A DNA stretch of 64,000 nucleotides, taken from positions 128,774,001-128,838,000 of the forward strand of contig OZ024740.1 in the NCBI GenBank assembly GCA_964016885.1, given 5' to 3'. Of the stretch, positions 41,420-58,300 are shown in pieces. Made by a program: the position numbers and the translations under genes. The first letter of the stretch is position 1; the number at the start of each line of letters is the position of its first letter. Source of the DNA: Eledone cirrhosa. Its lineage: Eukaryota. The notes below the pieces were generated by a model. That model saw nothing but the letters and a program-made list of their open reading frames with translations, was not told the origin of the DNA and did no database searches.

Positions 41420-41995
41420 AGTCGCATCATCGGGTCGTCGGCGACTAAACCGGTAACTCCACCAAGTTTGCTTGGTAAGGAGGGAGATTTTGGACACCCT
41501 GTAGGACAAAAAAACAAAACCTGACAAAGGGCGGAAGAACTCAAGAGTCAATGGCCATCCAAAAGTGTGTAAACATGTATATACACATGTACATATGTAT
41601 GCATATGTATATGTGTATATAAATAGGTGCATGTGTATGTATATGCGCGGGGACATAGAAATAGTCGGGCTGGACACCCGATTGCGCGGTTAAACCACTG
41701 GGAGTGAAGGACCTCTAGCCTTTGTCAGGGCATTCTTCTAGGAGAGGGAACTCAGGAAACTGGGATAACTCCGATATAAAACTTGCGGCTCAGTAGTTAC
41801 CGATGATGTTGATCTTTTCTTATTTTCGGGTTATAGCTACTGTCGCTCAGAGAGTGGGATTGGCTCAGTGCACAGTCTTTCCTCACTTTAAAAAATATCT
41901 TCACGCACAGGCATTGCACGATAGAATTAATTAATAATTATTAATAATGTTATATCGTGCAATGGCCATACTCGATAACGAGAGAGCAGCCAGCA
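41420..41995 (+). mobile_element. GC-richer interspersed repeat, possibly LINE 5'-UTR-derived, interrupted by simple sequence
   Basis: Compositional island. The segment ctaggagagggaactc...aactccgatataaaac resembles RTE 5' UTR segments. Class not established. Confidence 0.3.
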
Positions 41996-42802
41996 TGTAT
42001 GTGTATATATAAATATATATAAATATGTGTGTGCGTGTATGCATGAGTGTGTGTGCCTATTTATGTTTGTATATTCATGCGTATCTACTTATTATCGGGT
42101 AGAGAGGTCCATTATGAAATTAAGTTTATTACTCAGCATTTACAAGTTCTGGGATCCTTTGTATTTCGTAATTTTTCTTCAATAAATTTCGGAAAATTGT
42201 ATTAAGCACATCCAGGAACAGGAATCTCATTCATATTATTTGTGTATTCCCCATTCCAGTTTAATACTGAAATGCTTATATGATTATAGAACGCTTAGGT
42301 TACAATTAAGCTTTCACTAAGGGAATGTAACTATCTTCTGTATAATAATAGTATGTTGGGCCTATATCACAAGTGGATCGACGAGTAAAACACAGCAAGT
42401 TACAACAATGTCATACGTTTGGGTTGATCTAACTTTGTCATTTCTGAGAACGTGTCCTCGAGTTGACACAATCAAAACTGCGGGAAATTGAAGTGTAAGC
42501 CGTTGAGGATTACACAGATATGTGGACCATTAACATATTTGTTAAGGAAGTTCTGTATGACACAATGTGGGGTGTAACTGGCACCTTAAATTACAGGTGC
42601 ATCTTACATGTCTATGTGAGTGGATTGGAGCAAGGTGAAATAAAGCGTCCTGCTGAAGGACACAGGTCACCAATCTTGCAATGGTAAGATGGCCATCATA
42701 AAGGATAAGCCATACATCACATTTCACACATATCGTATATTATTTGTGTATATACAAATAATGTATATATATATTTGTATATACACAAATATATATATAT
42801 AT

Positions 42803-44536
<1,734 letters not shown>

Positions 44537-44721
44537 TAAGCTCTGTAACCTACATAGAGCACTCTTTTTTCCTGGACCTTTCCGACGGAATTACTTCATT
44601 ACTTCATTACTTCATATATATATGTATATATATATATATATATATTAAAACTTTTATACTCTGCTATGTATTGAGTACCTTACCTACTGTGGTTACCTCC
44701 GATACAACCCGGAATAACTTA

Positions 44722-44833
<112 letters not shown>

Positions 44834-45934
44834 TGTTTCTAATATTATACATAAAGCTAGTAAATTTCCCGGATTCTATAACATACATGACCTTTGATGT
44901 TTTTTGGGATTCCTTCCAGCACATAGTTATGTTTTCCTTTTCACAAATACAATAAGACATTTATAAAGAAAAAAAAAGATTTTCTCTCATTGAACGTATT
45001 ATATTTTCGGTAACCTTTCATCAAAATTGTATCCTTGGTTTATATATATATTCTTATTCTGTTCAGTAACCATTGATCCTTTATGTTTTACTTTGCTCAG
45101 CACTCAACAAAGAAGGAAATGTGTACGACTTAAATTTAATAAACAAGAAAACAGGGTTCGTAAAAATATATATATATATTATTTTTGAATATATAATTCT
45201 TTAATGACCTTCTTGAAATATTTCTATACTTTGACGTTATCTTCTCTTAAAGTACACTGCAAAAGGCACAATATAATTGTACATCTATTTCACAAAAACA
45301 CATAAAAAATGTTCCCCTGATTCACGAAAATAAATACACGCATACGCATATTAACATATTCAAAACTCTATTTTCCTATCATTTTTAGTAACAAATAAGC
45401 TGCTTCCTCACATCGTTGCTCCGGCATTCACAATTTCTGAATATTGAAGAGAGAAAAACTAACAATAAATGAACAAATATTCGCAACAAGAAAGCGAGCA
45501 AAATAAAGAAATTAGAAAGGCAAAAGAACAAACTAAGTACCTGAAGAGAACTTCATAAAAATCCTCCTGACAATTAAATCTCTTGCTTAAGGTCAAAGCA
45601 ACCACTGACAACTAAAGTGCTTCATTTCTTGTTTTATTGTATTTCAAAATGGCAAGAAAGTGTGTGGATGAGGAGAAAAATAAAAATTGAATGAATGTGT
45701 GAAAGAGAGAATATAATATAAGTAAAGCAACAAAGAAAGAAACTGTCAGAGATGATGCAAGAGAAAGAAAAATATGAAGAGAGAAAGTGAGACAGAAAGT
45801 GGCCGGGAAGAAGAAAAAAACTAATGAAATGAAATAAATAATAGGGAAAATAAAAATAGTGACTTTTAATGAATTCAAGTGGAGGTTGATGAAAAAGAGT
45901 GATTGGATAAGAGAGGGTGTTAAAGAGAGAATAG

Positions 45935-45965
<31 letters not shown>

Positions 45966-46137
45966 GGGAAGAATAAAAGAAAGAAAGAAAGTCATATTGA
46001 ATTGTGAGAGGCAGAAATAGAGTCGCTGATTTTAAATCTGAAAAGAAACAGGCTGCTGGAGGATTGCAGGTGAGCAAAAAAAAAAAGAAAACAAAACAAA
46101 AAGAAAAACGGCAAGAAGAATAGGAATAAACATTGAT

Positions 46138-46272
<135 letters not shown>

Positions 46273-46402
46273 GTCAGGAGTGAGGGAAAGAAAGTAATTG
46301 CTAAAAGTAGGCTGACTTATCGAAGTAGTGAGAAAGTGTTACAAACATATCGCACAATAGACAGACAGAATGGAAAGAAAAAAACGTACACAGTAACGCA
46401 TA

Positions 46403-46450
<48 letters not shown>

Positions 46451-46776
46451 GAAATGAAACACTAGAAAGATATAGAAAGAAAAAGAAAGGGAAAAAATAG
46501 TTTATCTTAAAATATAAAAAAATACCAGAGAAGAACATATAAAAAATTACCGAAACGAACGGAAAACTCGTTCGTAAGAAGATTATATTTAAGATCAAAG
46601 GAGGAGTAATAGGATTTGAGCGGACAATCTGAGATTGTCAAACGGATTAAAATGTCCATTTGAAAAGAGAAGCAAGAAATCATAGAATATAAAAGAGAGT
46701 TAAACAGTACGAGATGTTGAAGAAAGTAAAAGAGAGAAAAGACGGGGAGAGCTAGAGGTAGGATTGTCGCTCACAT

Positions 46777-46809
<33 letters not shown>

Positions 46810-46834
46810 TCTATATATACATATATATATATAT

Positions 46835-46936
46835 AACGAAGGAAATGTGGTAAGGAACCAGGTGGACCATAACGCACCAAAGTACTCAATACTTGAGGTA
46901 GTAGAGTGGGTAATAGGAACCAGTACTGGTTCCTAT
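46835..46936 (-). mobile_element. Family-1 PLE mini-copy: tail plus a 24-nt palindrome, in (TA)n
   Basis: Reverse complement of 11320-11406. It ends in the perfect palindrome ATAGGAACCAGTACTGGTTCCTAT (46913-46936). Confidence 0.85.
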
Positions 46937-46939
46937 ATA

Positions 46940-46992
<53 letters not shown>

Positions 46993-47025
46993 TTATAGAT
47001 ATAAATATATATATATATATATACA

Positions 47026-47099
<74 letters not shown>

Positions 47100-47846
47100 G
47101 AGAGAGATGGAGAGAGAGTAACAGAGATAGATCGATATAGATGCAAGTGTACAGAAGTAAGGAGTTGATAGGAGCATAGAGAGAAGAGAATGTGAGGACG
47201 TAAGGGAGACTTTAATGAGTATGGTGTTATATAAATGTCACATTGAGGGGCGATTACATCAATTTTATTTATTTGATATTAGTTCATATTCTACGATGTG
47301 TGAGGGTTGGTAGGCATTGTGAGGAAAGTATTTTCCCTATCATTGTTTTGTCTCTATAATAAGTTTAAGAATAATATTTGTAAGTAGTTATTATTATATG
47401 GAGTTTAACTAGTGCCATATATCTTACGTAACGCATGTTGGTATGTCACGTTATTTTGCCTTTAAATTGATATTTACTTGTAGATTTAAAAACTTCAGGA
47501 GCGGGAGTAACGAAACAAATAACTGTATCTATCAGCTGAAATACATAAAAGCGTGCAAATATATACAAGCCTCACTTACATACACATATATGCACTCATG
47601 AAAACTTTCTAAGTTACATAGATGTATACAAGCACAGGCAAATATTATGTATGGTGATTATATATTTACATAGATGAAAGTAGATAAACATTGTTGCATA
47701 TACATTCACATATTCATATTGTAAACCTACATACACGCATGTATATCCCTCCACTTCCACTCTTCTCTCTATCACTCTCTCTCTCTCGCTATATACCCCC
47801 CCCCCCCCACACACACACACACATACACACACACATATATATATAT

Positions 47847-48041
47847 ATAGGAACAAGCATGACCTCGACGGCAGAGCTCAAGCCGTTTCGACGGCTATTT
47901 CTATTGTCCAATAATAGCCGTCGAAACGGCTTCAGTTCTGTCGTCGGGGTCATACTTGTTCCTATTACCAATTCTACTACACTAAGTATTGAGTACTTTG
48001 GTGCGTTATGGTCCATCTAGTTGCTTACCACAATTCCTTCG

Positions 48042-48043
<2 letters not shown>
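47847..48043 (+). mobile_element. Family-1 PLE mini-copy: ~120-bp hairpin plus tail, in (TA)n
   Basis: 47847-47900 is the inverted copy of 47912-47965. 47966-48043 matches the tail at 11328-11406. Confidence 0.88.
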
Positions 48044-48104
<61 letters not shown>

Positions 48105-48159
48105 CATATATATACTTGCCTAGCCTATATATATATGTATATATACATATGGCCTAGGG

Positions 48160-48790
48160 CCTAGAATTTTTGACTTATGTCTTCCTCAAGCCATCCATCA
48201 CTCGATAGTTGAACGTCTCGGATTGTTTCTGTGAAACAACACTTACATATAATGTGCAGTGCGCAGTTTTCCTTGAGAATGATGAGTGTCTGGTTTTCGT
48301 CTACCATGCAGTACTCCGTTTCACACCTATGAAGATCATGTCGGATATCACCTTCTGATGAATTAAGTAGTACTAGGCTGGACTCGACAATATCCACACA
48401 TCTCTTTACCAGGAACGTACCATTGACTTTAAAAGGGATGCTTGTAATAACAAGATCCCTCCATGATTGGAGCAATCACTCTTGCTCCTTTCTTGAAAAT
48501 TAGAATCATTACTCCTCATTGCACTGGGTAACTGTTGGTCTTGTGCCAAAAATAGAAATTATTATTATTTGCCTTTCCAGAGATTAAGCCCTCTCGATAC
48601 ACACCGTACAGCCAGAGAATATCTATTTAGGACCTTTAAAATCTCGTACCGAATATCATCCTTCCCCGTTAATTTATCACATTTGAACTCTTTAATCGCT
48701 CTTTTGACCTCAGCTGCAGAAAGATTATTCATCGCCTCCAGGAGCAACACATATAGATGATGCTGTTGTGACTGGGTTTAGGAAATCTGC
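48160..48790 (-). mobile_element. RTE-clade LINE RT N-terminal fragment, interrupted by a SINE 3' fragment (48512-48568)
   Basis: SAAEVKRAIKEFKCDKLTGKDDIRYEILKVL, then VMILIFKKG..DCSNHGGI and LVKRCVDIVES. Confidence 0.75.
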
Positions 48791-51298
48791 ATATTGTCTA
48801 CAGCGGATGGTCTGCCCGACCATTTTATTTGTTAATCTGAAATCGAACTTTTTTTCTGTCATCTATGCAAATTTATTTTATCAAAATAATAGCTGCTCTA
48901 CACTTGCCGATTATTTTGTTTCAATGATTCTGTGAAATTGTTTGTTGAATAATTGCTTTGAATGGGGTGGGGGGTGGGGGGGGATAACAATATATCGTCG
49001 AGGAAAGCATGAAATACCCACCACATTTTTTGCTGTGCCCTGTCCTATCAATGCTTTCTCTAAATTTCTTAAAGAAGGAACATAAATATACATTTTGCAT
49101 TGAATGAGCATAATAGTAATGCATGAGAAATTGAAACTTGATTTTGGTAGAAATGGATTGACAAACATTAGAGTCAATAACATTATATGAAGGCTAACTA
49201 TTATCAGGCAAGGTGAAACACAGAAATAAAAGCGTGTAAAAGCAAAACATATAATTATTGAATTATTTTTCTTTCCAAGCATTCGTATATCTTGTAAATA
49301 TGTATGTACGCCTATCAAAATGTCATTGTATGTTTTAATAGCGATATTGATGTATCGATCAAATTATAAAGTAAACGACATACATGTAAAATTAAGAAAA
49401 TAAAACAACATTAAACATATAATTGCATGAATAAATATTTAAATAAAAACGGGTATACGGCTTATTGACGTGTGTGAATTAAATGTCTTCAAATATTTTG
49501 CGTATGTTCCTCTATTACTGCATTATTTCTAATCATATCGACCACATAAATTCAAAAACACCAGTCTCGCGAGAAAAAAAGAAACGTTGCATGAGATTTT
49601 GTAGATATTCGGATGTACTTGGATTGTCACCAGGTGTATATTTTGATTATAGATTTACTTGGTAAAACTTGACCTAGGTCTTAAACGACAACGTAGACTA
49701 GACCATTCTATATTACATATATAGCAACACAATAATTCATACAGTATGAAACAAATACATACACTCATACACACGTGCGCTCATGTTTACAGAATGACAC
49801 GTATATTTAATAATTTGAAAATTTATTAAAGCGAAACAAATACTATAGGACGTTAATTCATAACATATTTACTAAAAATATTTAACGTATATAACTTACA
49901 CCCTATTCTCCAAAGAACGATAATTATTCTAAATATCTGGCAGGTATATTAACACTGAAATCAGAACACAGTTTCTCAACTACGCCCTCTTTCTATCACA
50001 CCCTTTTTTTTACGATACCTCTCTCTTATTTTATGACTTTCTTTCTCCGTTTCATTACATTTAAGTATAGAAATATTGAACTTGGTATTTCCAGTTCTAT
50101 AATTTAGTCCCAGAACGATGTTTTCCTTACTTTATATACTTATCTCTGTCCTCAACTTCTAAACTATATCTCTAATATCCTTATCTTACTCCATATGGCC
50201 GTCAAATTTTCATCTTAACAAATGTCTTCTATTGCATTTCTCAAATGAACTTTACAATGTTTCTCGCGTTTTCCCATTTTCTCTTCCAATTTATCGCAAA
50301 TCAAACATAAGGTTTCATTTTTATTTTATCACACACAATTACTAGTACTTCATTTATATAATTTATTGATTATACTTATATTTAATATTTGTTTCCTATC
50401 TCGGTAATATTTCCCTCATTCCCTTGCATTGAAACAATGATGCTATTTCTATATCTCTTCTTAAATAAGACCCTCTCAAAAATAATTGATTCTCTATCAA
50501 TCAATTTTACCACTGGCCCTCATTCTACATAAATATATTCCTACATGATTAAATATCTGATTGACATTTACTTATTCATTTGCTGTTTTCAACAGATACT
50601 ATGCCACAAAAACACATTGTTTTCTCGCCCCCGTGATAATTTCCATTACCTCTCTCACTCATTGCATATAAAATCACCCCGGCTGTCTCATAATATCTCT
50701 CTTCTCACACATTCTTTCTTTGTGGCTATGCACGTTTTGCCACACTAACTTATTCTATTTTTTTTTTTAGTGTGTTTCGATTATTCTATTGATTTCAATG
50801 TGACATTTTCCAAGTAACTCAAGTTTTAAAATGGCTGACTGTTACATTTTTACAATTTTCTTAATTTATTTATTTAATTATTTTTCTAATGAGTAATGAC
50901 TGCTCAACCACAGAGACTATTTCTTTATTTCAAACACACAAAAGATGAAGAGAGAGAACTAACTGAGAAGAAAAACGAAAATAAGGAGAGGATATTAAAC
51001 TAAAACCGACTATTCATGTTGTCATTGTTCTTCTCATTTATATTTTATTTCTTTATATTCGCTTAGTTTTATTTGCTCTGTTGTTAGTTAAATGACTCTT
51101 TCATTTTGTTTTTCTTTTTACTTTATTTTTAGTTTTACAATTACTAAGCTAAAAAGTTTCCTTTCATTTGAAATCAATATTAGAAAAGGACAACAATTGC
51201 TTGAAAGTGTGGAAATAATTTTATGGATTTTCATAAATAGATTATTAATTATATATACACACTCTTGCACGTAGAGAGAATATGAGAGTGAGACAGAA

Positions 51299-51374
<76 letters not shown>

Positions 51375-51409
51375 ATATGTATGTATATATATGTATATAT
51401 ATATTTATA

Positions 51410-51569
<160 letters not shown>

Positions 51570-52622
51570 ATTAATTCACATTCTCTGACACATATATACA
51601 TGTATATGTGCGCGCGTGCGTTATACCCTGTTTATTTATTTGTGCATAATATAGATGTTGTAGGTGGATTTATTAGAGATACGTATAAGTAGTTAAACAT
51701 CTGTTTGATATGGATAAAGAGTTATGGAGATAACTAGACAGTAGGAATAGAAACAATCAGGTGAACATATATGAGATGTTTCCAGGTAGATAGATTGTAA
51801 CTATCAGCTATGTTATAACCATGAGATGCTGAGAATGAGTATATATACAGATTTTTGTGTGGGTTGTTTTCAGAAGAAAATTATTTTTGTAGGTGTTTCG
51901 ATATAGTTGCAGAGTAGTAATGCCAAACCAATCATTACTATATAAAACAGGCAATAGTATATCAGGATGTCGAGACGTCTCAGGCAGTAGGCCTGGTCTG
52001 ATTACTTGCAACAGTATACAGCTGCTCAGTTTGGAAACCAGCTAGCGATTTGAGAGAAACTTCCCAGAATAAACACGCTCTATCCGAAGATAAATTTTAA
52101 TATATCAATATAAACTATTATTTCACAAACAATGTTGATATACGTCATGGCAGCAGACCAAGATGCCGTGAAAGTGGCTCGAACTAGGAAGACATATTTG
52201 CGAAACGCCCTACTTAGCCATATTTTAATGCATACAACCCGATCTCACTCACAGTAAATAATTACAGTACTCACTAATGTTTGTCATTGAGTCAGTTTGC
52301 GATCAGGTGTTTGTGTGAATTTAAATACGTAATTGAGGAAAAATGTTTTCAGCCAATGACACTCTTTACGTATGGTCGGATTGGCATGTTTGTGTAGGTA
52401 TGTGTTCAGGTAACCACATACAAAGACATTTTATAAGTATTTCCAAATAATAAATTATTTATGATAATTATGTTAATATGAAAGAATTATTAAACGCGTT
52501 TTATAATCTATTAATGAAGTGATGATAACCGTAGCTTCGTAACTTGAGTGAAGAGAATACAAAATGAAATTAAACACACACACACACACACACACATACA
52601 CCCATATGCACACAGGCACCTA

Positions 52623-52688
<66 letters not shown>

Positions 52689-52794
52689 AGGATAAGATGG
52701 GATGGCGTGTGTATATTTATTAAAATATACGTAATGATCTTTAATAAAGTATGATTAACCAGTCTAAAACTAATATTACAATCATCGACCCCGT

Positions 52795-52807
52795 TATTAC
52801 TCTTCTT

Positions 52808-52838
<31 letters not shown>

Positions 52839-53037
52839 ATATTATGTTTATCATAAAATTTTTATTAATATGTTTGGGAGCAATACTCGATATGTTGTTG
52901 CTAGAAATGCGTTCCGTTTGTGATACTACTACCTACTACTACTATTACTATTACTACTACTACTACTACTACTACTTCTACTAGTACTACTACTACTACT
53001 ACTGCTGCTACTACTGCTACTAATACTACTGCTACTG

Positions 53038-53082
<45 letters not shown>

Positions 53083-53141
53083 TTACTACTACTACCACTA
53101 CTATACTGCTGAAGCTGCTGATGCTACTTCTACCACTAGTT

Positions 53142-53186
<45 letters not shown>

Positions 53187-53188
53187 AT
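52795..53188. repeat. (CTT)n and long degenerate (CTA)n trinucleotide tracts
   Basis: Direct reading. These explain the poly-T/L/V/Y ORFs. Confidence 0.95.
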
Positions 53189-53202
53189 CTTAATAAAATG
53201 AT

Positions 53203-53410
53203 AAGTGTTTCTAATTTAGTCCAAGGCCAGCAATTTTGGAGGATGCGAAAGTCGATTAAACCGACCGCAGTGCATTACTGGTGCTTTATTTTCTCGACTC
53301 CGTAAGGTTGAAAGGCAAAGTTAATCTTGTCAGCATTTGAACTCAGAACGTAACTCTATGCAGTTAAGCATGATATTTAACGCCCTACCTATTCTGCCAC
53401 GTCATCGCCT

Positions 53411-53411
<1 letters not shown>
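53203..53411 (-). mobile_element. Full-length tRNA-derived SINE abutting (AAT)n
   Basis: Minus strand reads aaggcgatgacgtggcagaatagg...gagttcaaatgc...ctttgcctttca...aaattgctggccttggactaaattagaaac. Confidence 0.82.
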
Positions 53412-53464
<53 letters not shown>

Positions 53465-54772
53465 GACTCTGAGGAAGGATACAAGTATTTGGGCTGATGG
53501 CATAAAGAACAAAAAAATGAAGGAATTGTTAAGAACTGAATACATTCGGAGAGTAAGGAGCGTATTGAAGTCACATCTGAACAGCAGAAATGCCATAAGC
53601 GCAGTAAATTCCCGAGCTGTGTCTATTATTAGGTACAGTGCGGGAATTCTGAGATGGAATGTTGCTGAACAAAAATAAATGGATAGGAAGACTAGGAAGC
53701 TATTGACTATCTACAACATGTTCCACAAGAGGAGTGATGTCGATAGACTCTACCTAAGGAGGTCTGAGGGTGGAAGAGGTCTTATCAGCATAGAGGACTG
53801 TGTTCAGATGGAGAAAAACAACCTATACAAATACGTGACCTATAGTAAGGAGCCAATGCTCAGAGCTGTACTGAAGGAGGGGACAGTAGGCCAGGGGATA
53901 CCCAAGGAGGAAATAACATCAAGGAGGAAGAGCAGCCTTAAGGGAAAATCCCTTCATAGTACCTTCTTTGAGAAAACTGAATTTAGAGATCCACAGACAT
54001 GGAACTGGTTGAGAAGAGGAGACCTCAAAAAGGCTACAGAAGGAATGCTAATGGCTGCGCAGGAGCAGGCCCTCAAAACGAAGTGGTTGAAGCACCATAT
54101 CTACAAGGAGGAGACTAGCCCACTGTGCAGGATCTGTGGAGAGAGAGAGGAGACTGTGGCTCACATTGTGTCCGAGTGTAAACACCTAGCCCAGACCCAC
54201 TATAAGGGCTGGAGACACGATGTGATGGGCAGGGTGATCCACTGGCACCTGTGCAAAGTAAACAATCTACCACATTCTGAGAAATGGTATGAGCATAGGC
54301 CAGAGGCGGTGATGGAGAACAGTCAGGTGAAGGTGCTGTGGGATTTTAGGATACAGACGGACAAAAAACTGGAACACAATAGACCTGACCTGGTGGTTGT
54401 GGACAAAGAAAAAAGATCGTGCCTGATTGTGGATGTGGCCTGCCCGTTCGACACGAGAGTGCAAGAGAAGGAGAGGGAGAAAATTAACCGATACCAGGAC
54501 CTAAAGTGGGAGGTGAAAAGGATTTGGAACTGCCATGAAGTCAAAGTGATCCCGATTGTCATAGGCGCACTGGGGACTATCTCCAAAGGTTTCCAGGGAT
54601 GGTTAAAGAAAATCGGCCCCTTCACGCTTTTTGGAACGCTTCAAAAGGCATGCTTGCTTGGAACGGCAAGAACCCTCCGATACGTCCTGAATATCTGAGG
54701 CTGCAGGTGGTGGCTTGATATTCAATCCAACGGACTTTCCAGTTAACCAACATCAATGACTGAGATTCAAGG
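53465..54772 (+). mobile_element. R4/Dong-type element copy A (5'-truncated)
   Basis: Near-identical to 58565-59884. ORF 53679..54698 has an intact CCHC finger and RLE domain ending LLGTARTLRYVLNI. It has a small deletion and a stop near its 5' end. Flanked by (AAT)n. Confidence 0.95.
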
Positions 54773-54805
54773 AATAACAATAACAATAATAATAATAATA
54801 ATAAT

Positions 54806-55255
54806 TCAGGTGAAGGTGCTGTGGGATTTTAGGATACAGAAGGACAAGAAACTGGAACACAATAGACCTGACCTGGTGGTTGTGGACAAAGAAAAAAGAA
54901 CGTGTCTGATTGTTGATGTGGCCTGCCCATTCGACACGAGTGTGCAATAGAAGGAGAGGGAGAAAATTAACCGATACCAGGACTTAAAGTGGGAGGTAAA
55001 AAGGATTTGGAACTGCCATGAAGTCAAAGTGGTCCCGATTGTCATAGGCGCACTAGGTACTATCTCAAAAGGTTTCCAGGGATGGTTAAAGAAAATTGGC
55101 ACTGTCACGCTTTTTGGAACGCTTCAAAAGGCATGCTTGCTGGGAACAGCGAGAACCCTCCGATACGTCCTGAATATCGGAGGCTGCAGGTAGTGGTTTG
55201 ATATTCATTTCAACAAACTTTCCAGTTAACTAACATCAATGACTGAGACTCAAAG
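54806..55255 (+). mobile_element. R4/Dong-type element copy B (450-bp 3' fragment)
   Basis: RLE coding region and 3' UTR, with a premature TAG at ~54948. Flanked by (AAT)n. Confidence 0.95.
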
Positions 55256-55260
55256 AATAA

Positions 55261-55337
<77 letters not shown>

Positions 55338-58300
55338 GGGAAGAAGACGCACGAGGTGACGGAGGTCATGAAATCGCTCCCGTAAGTTTTGAATTTTTAA
55401 CATATTTAAATCATTTGTGAAATAACAACTCTTAGTACAAATGCTACGTAAAGCACCCGGCTTGAGCCCCAAAAAATTCGGACCCAAAATATATTGTTAT
55501 AAGGCTCAAATATTCAAATATTCAACTTTGTATTGTACACTGTATATCCCAAAAAAAAAAATGGCTATAAATGGAAGAAGAAGAACCCCCCCCCCCCTCC
55601 TCTCCTCTGGCTACACTATATAGGACAGCTAAACTCACCAACACCAGAAACTAGATACACCACCCACCCCATCATCTGTGTACACTAAACACAACAGCAT
55701 TTTCGCCTTCACCGCCACCGCTCACTACGGCCATCATTACCACCACTATCCCATCACCGCCGCCACCACCCCTTGACTCCTTCACTGCTGCTGCCACCGC
55801 TACAGCACCATCACTACAGTAATACGGTCGCATCACCGCCACCACTGCCTCGGTATCGACATCACCACCACCACTGTCTCAGTATCGCCAACGCCGCCAA
55901 TCTCCCACTTCTCCCTGCTGGCTGCCACTTCCACATTATAGAATTCCTACTACTAACAAAGAGGAAGGCATCAAAATATATAGATAGACTCAAAAGAAAA
56001 AAGAAAAAACAAACAACAAAACCAAAGCAGCACAGCAACAACAGCAAAAAACGAGAAAAACAAACAGAGAAAAACAAAAACAAAAAAAGAAACCCCCAAA
56101 ACGTAAAGAAAATAAGAATGAAGAGAGAAGCAGGCGGACGGACAGAGAAGAGGGGGGAAAAAGTAAAACTTAAAAAACAAAAACTAAGTCAGACATTCGA
56201 ATACTACATTACAATGAAACTTATGCTTATTCATTTTTGGGGCCCTTTCTGCCCGTGTGTTTGTTTGTTTATGTGTGTTCGTATACAGCGTGGTGATAAT
56301 GCCACACAAGGGCCAAGTGGGATGGCGGATCCACAGATGGCTATGTAAACATACATTCGCCAATCCTCGATAAGAGTGTTTAAATATCGAACATAAACAG
56401 TTCGAATAACGGTGAAATGGAGACTAGAACGTCATGTGACAGACTCTCACCCAACAGGTGCCCCCTGGCTCAGCAGCAGGAACCTGACTGTCAACCAAAT
56501 ACTGCTGATGTTGGAGGAAGAAGAAGAAGGAAAGGGGCCAGAACCAACTGGACGAAAGAATTGAATAGAACTGTTATGCAATGCTACCTGAAAAGTAACC
56601 CCAAGGAGAGGGGCTACAGGAGACGGATGCATAACATCTGGAACGAGATTGGTTTATTTAAATTAGATGAACAAAAATTGGCCGGGCAGGCTCGGGTAAT
56701 AAGAACTAATGGGTGGATAAGCGAGCTGGAACTGGAGGAACTGAGCAGAGAGAATGGCTTGGAGATGGCGGGTGTAGTATGCCAGACAAGCGAGCCGGCG
56801 GGAAATGAAGGTGAGGAGGTCCTGAGAACGGAGGAACCACCCGAAGCAGACAATGATCTGAATACTGAGATAAATAATACCTGGAACAGAGATACGGCCA
56901 CTGAGGAGATGAATGCTGACGGGCTAGGACAAGATTCGGTTGACATCCTAAATTTAGTGGTAGATGAGTTGAACAATGATAGTGGGAGACCTATGAACCT
57001 AAGATTTGTAGACAGGAAAAAGTTAAAAGAAACAACAGCTAAGGTAAACAAAGTCATCCCATACCTTGAGGCGAGGAGTCTTCACCAGTGCAACAATATC
57101 CTCAAAGCAACAGCAAATACGGTGAGGAAACTACTTGGTATAAAAGCGAGTGGAAACAACAGACAAGAAAGAGCAGAGCCGTGGTGGAAGAAGCGACTGA
57201 GTGGGCAAATCGGGGAAATGAGAAATGACATAGGAAAGCTTGAGTCACTACTGAATGGGACACTAAAAAACATAGGCACTAAAAATAGACTGGAAATAAA
57301 ATACAAAACTAGGAGTAAAAAGCTAAATATTATCATAGAGGAATTGAAGCAACGCATTGTAGCAAAGAGTGCCAAAATCAGGCGATACGAGAACAGAGTC
57401 AGTCAGTATAAACAGAACCGCATGTTCGACAACAACCAGAAGATGCTGTTTGGACAGCTTGAGGGGAAAGAAAGAGGCAACGACTTGATCCCTGGGGCGG
57501 AACAAGCTAAAACATTCTGGAGAGGAATATGGGAGCAGGATGTTAGACACAATGCCCAGGCAGGGTGGATTGAGACAGTACAGAGGGAGATCGGTGAGCA
57601 GGCACAGCAACAGACTGATTTGAGTATCACAGTTGAAACTCTTAAGGGGCAAGCCAAAAAACTAACCAACTGGAAATCACCAGGCCCAGATGGTGTGCAG
57701 GGGTATTGGATTAAACATTTAACATCCCTCCACCCGAAGCTGACGGCCATGTTCAATGACTGCTTGGTGTCGGGTGAGGTGCCAGAGTGGTTGACAAAAG
57801 GTACCACAGTTCTGATAATGAAAGACCGAATCAAGGGTAATGATGTTACCAACTATAGACCTATCACATGTCTGCCCGTAATGTGGAAACTGTTGACGAG
57901 CATTGTGTCTGAGGAAATCTACCATCACCTCCACACAAACAACTTGTTACCGGACGAACAGAAAGGATGCCGAAAGAAGTCACGTGGTACAAAGGACCAG
58001 TTGCTTATTGATAAGATGGTAATGGGGAATTGCAGGAGGAGACACACTGATCTTGCCATGGGATGGATAGACTACAGAAAGGCATTTGACATGGTGCATC
58101 ATTCCTGGATCACCAAAAGCCTGGAGATCTTCAGGGTGGCAGATAACATCAGACAGTTGCTGGGCAGGAGTATGGGGTCCTGGGAGACAGAGTTGACATC
58201 AACTGGAGTATCCTTGGGAAGCGTGAAGATCAAGAGAGGTATCTTCCAGGGAGATAGCCTGTCCCCTCTGTTGTTTGTCCTTGCCCTGATGCCCTTGACC

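Noticed and set aside
55773-56348. 191-aa Pro/His/Lys-rich ORF as a possible ORF1 of the Dong element
   Set aside because: It has a non-ATG start, low complexity and no domain, and R4-clade elements have a single ORF.
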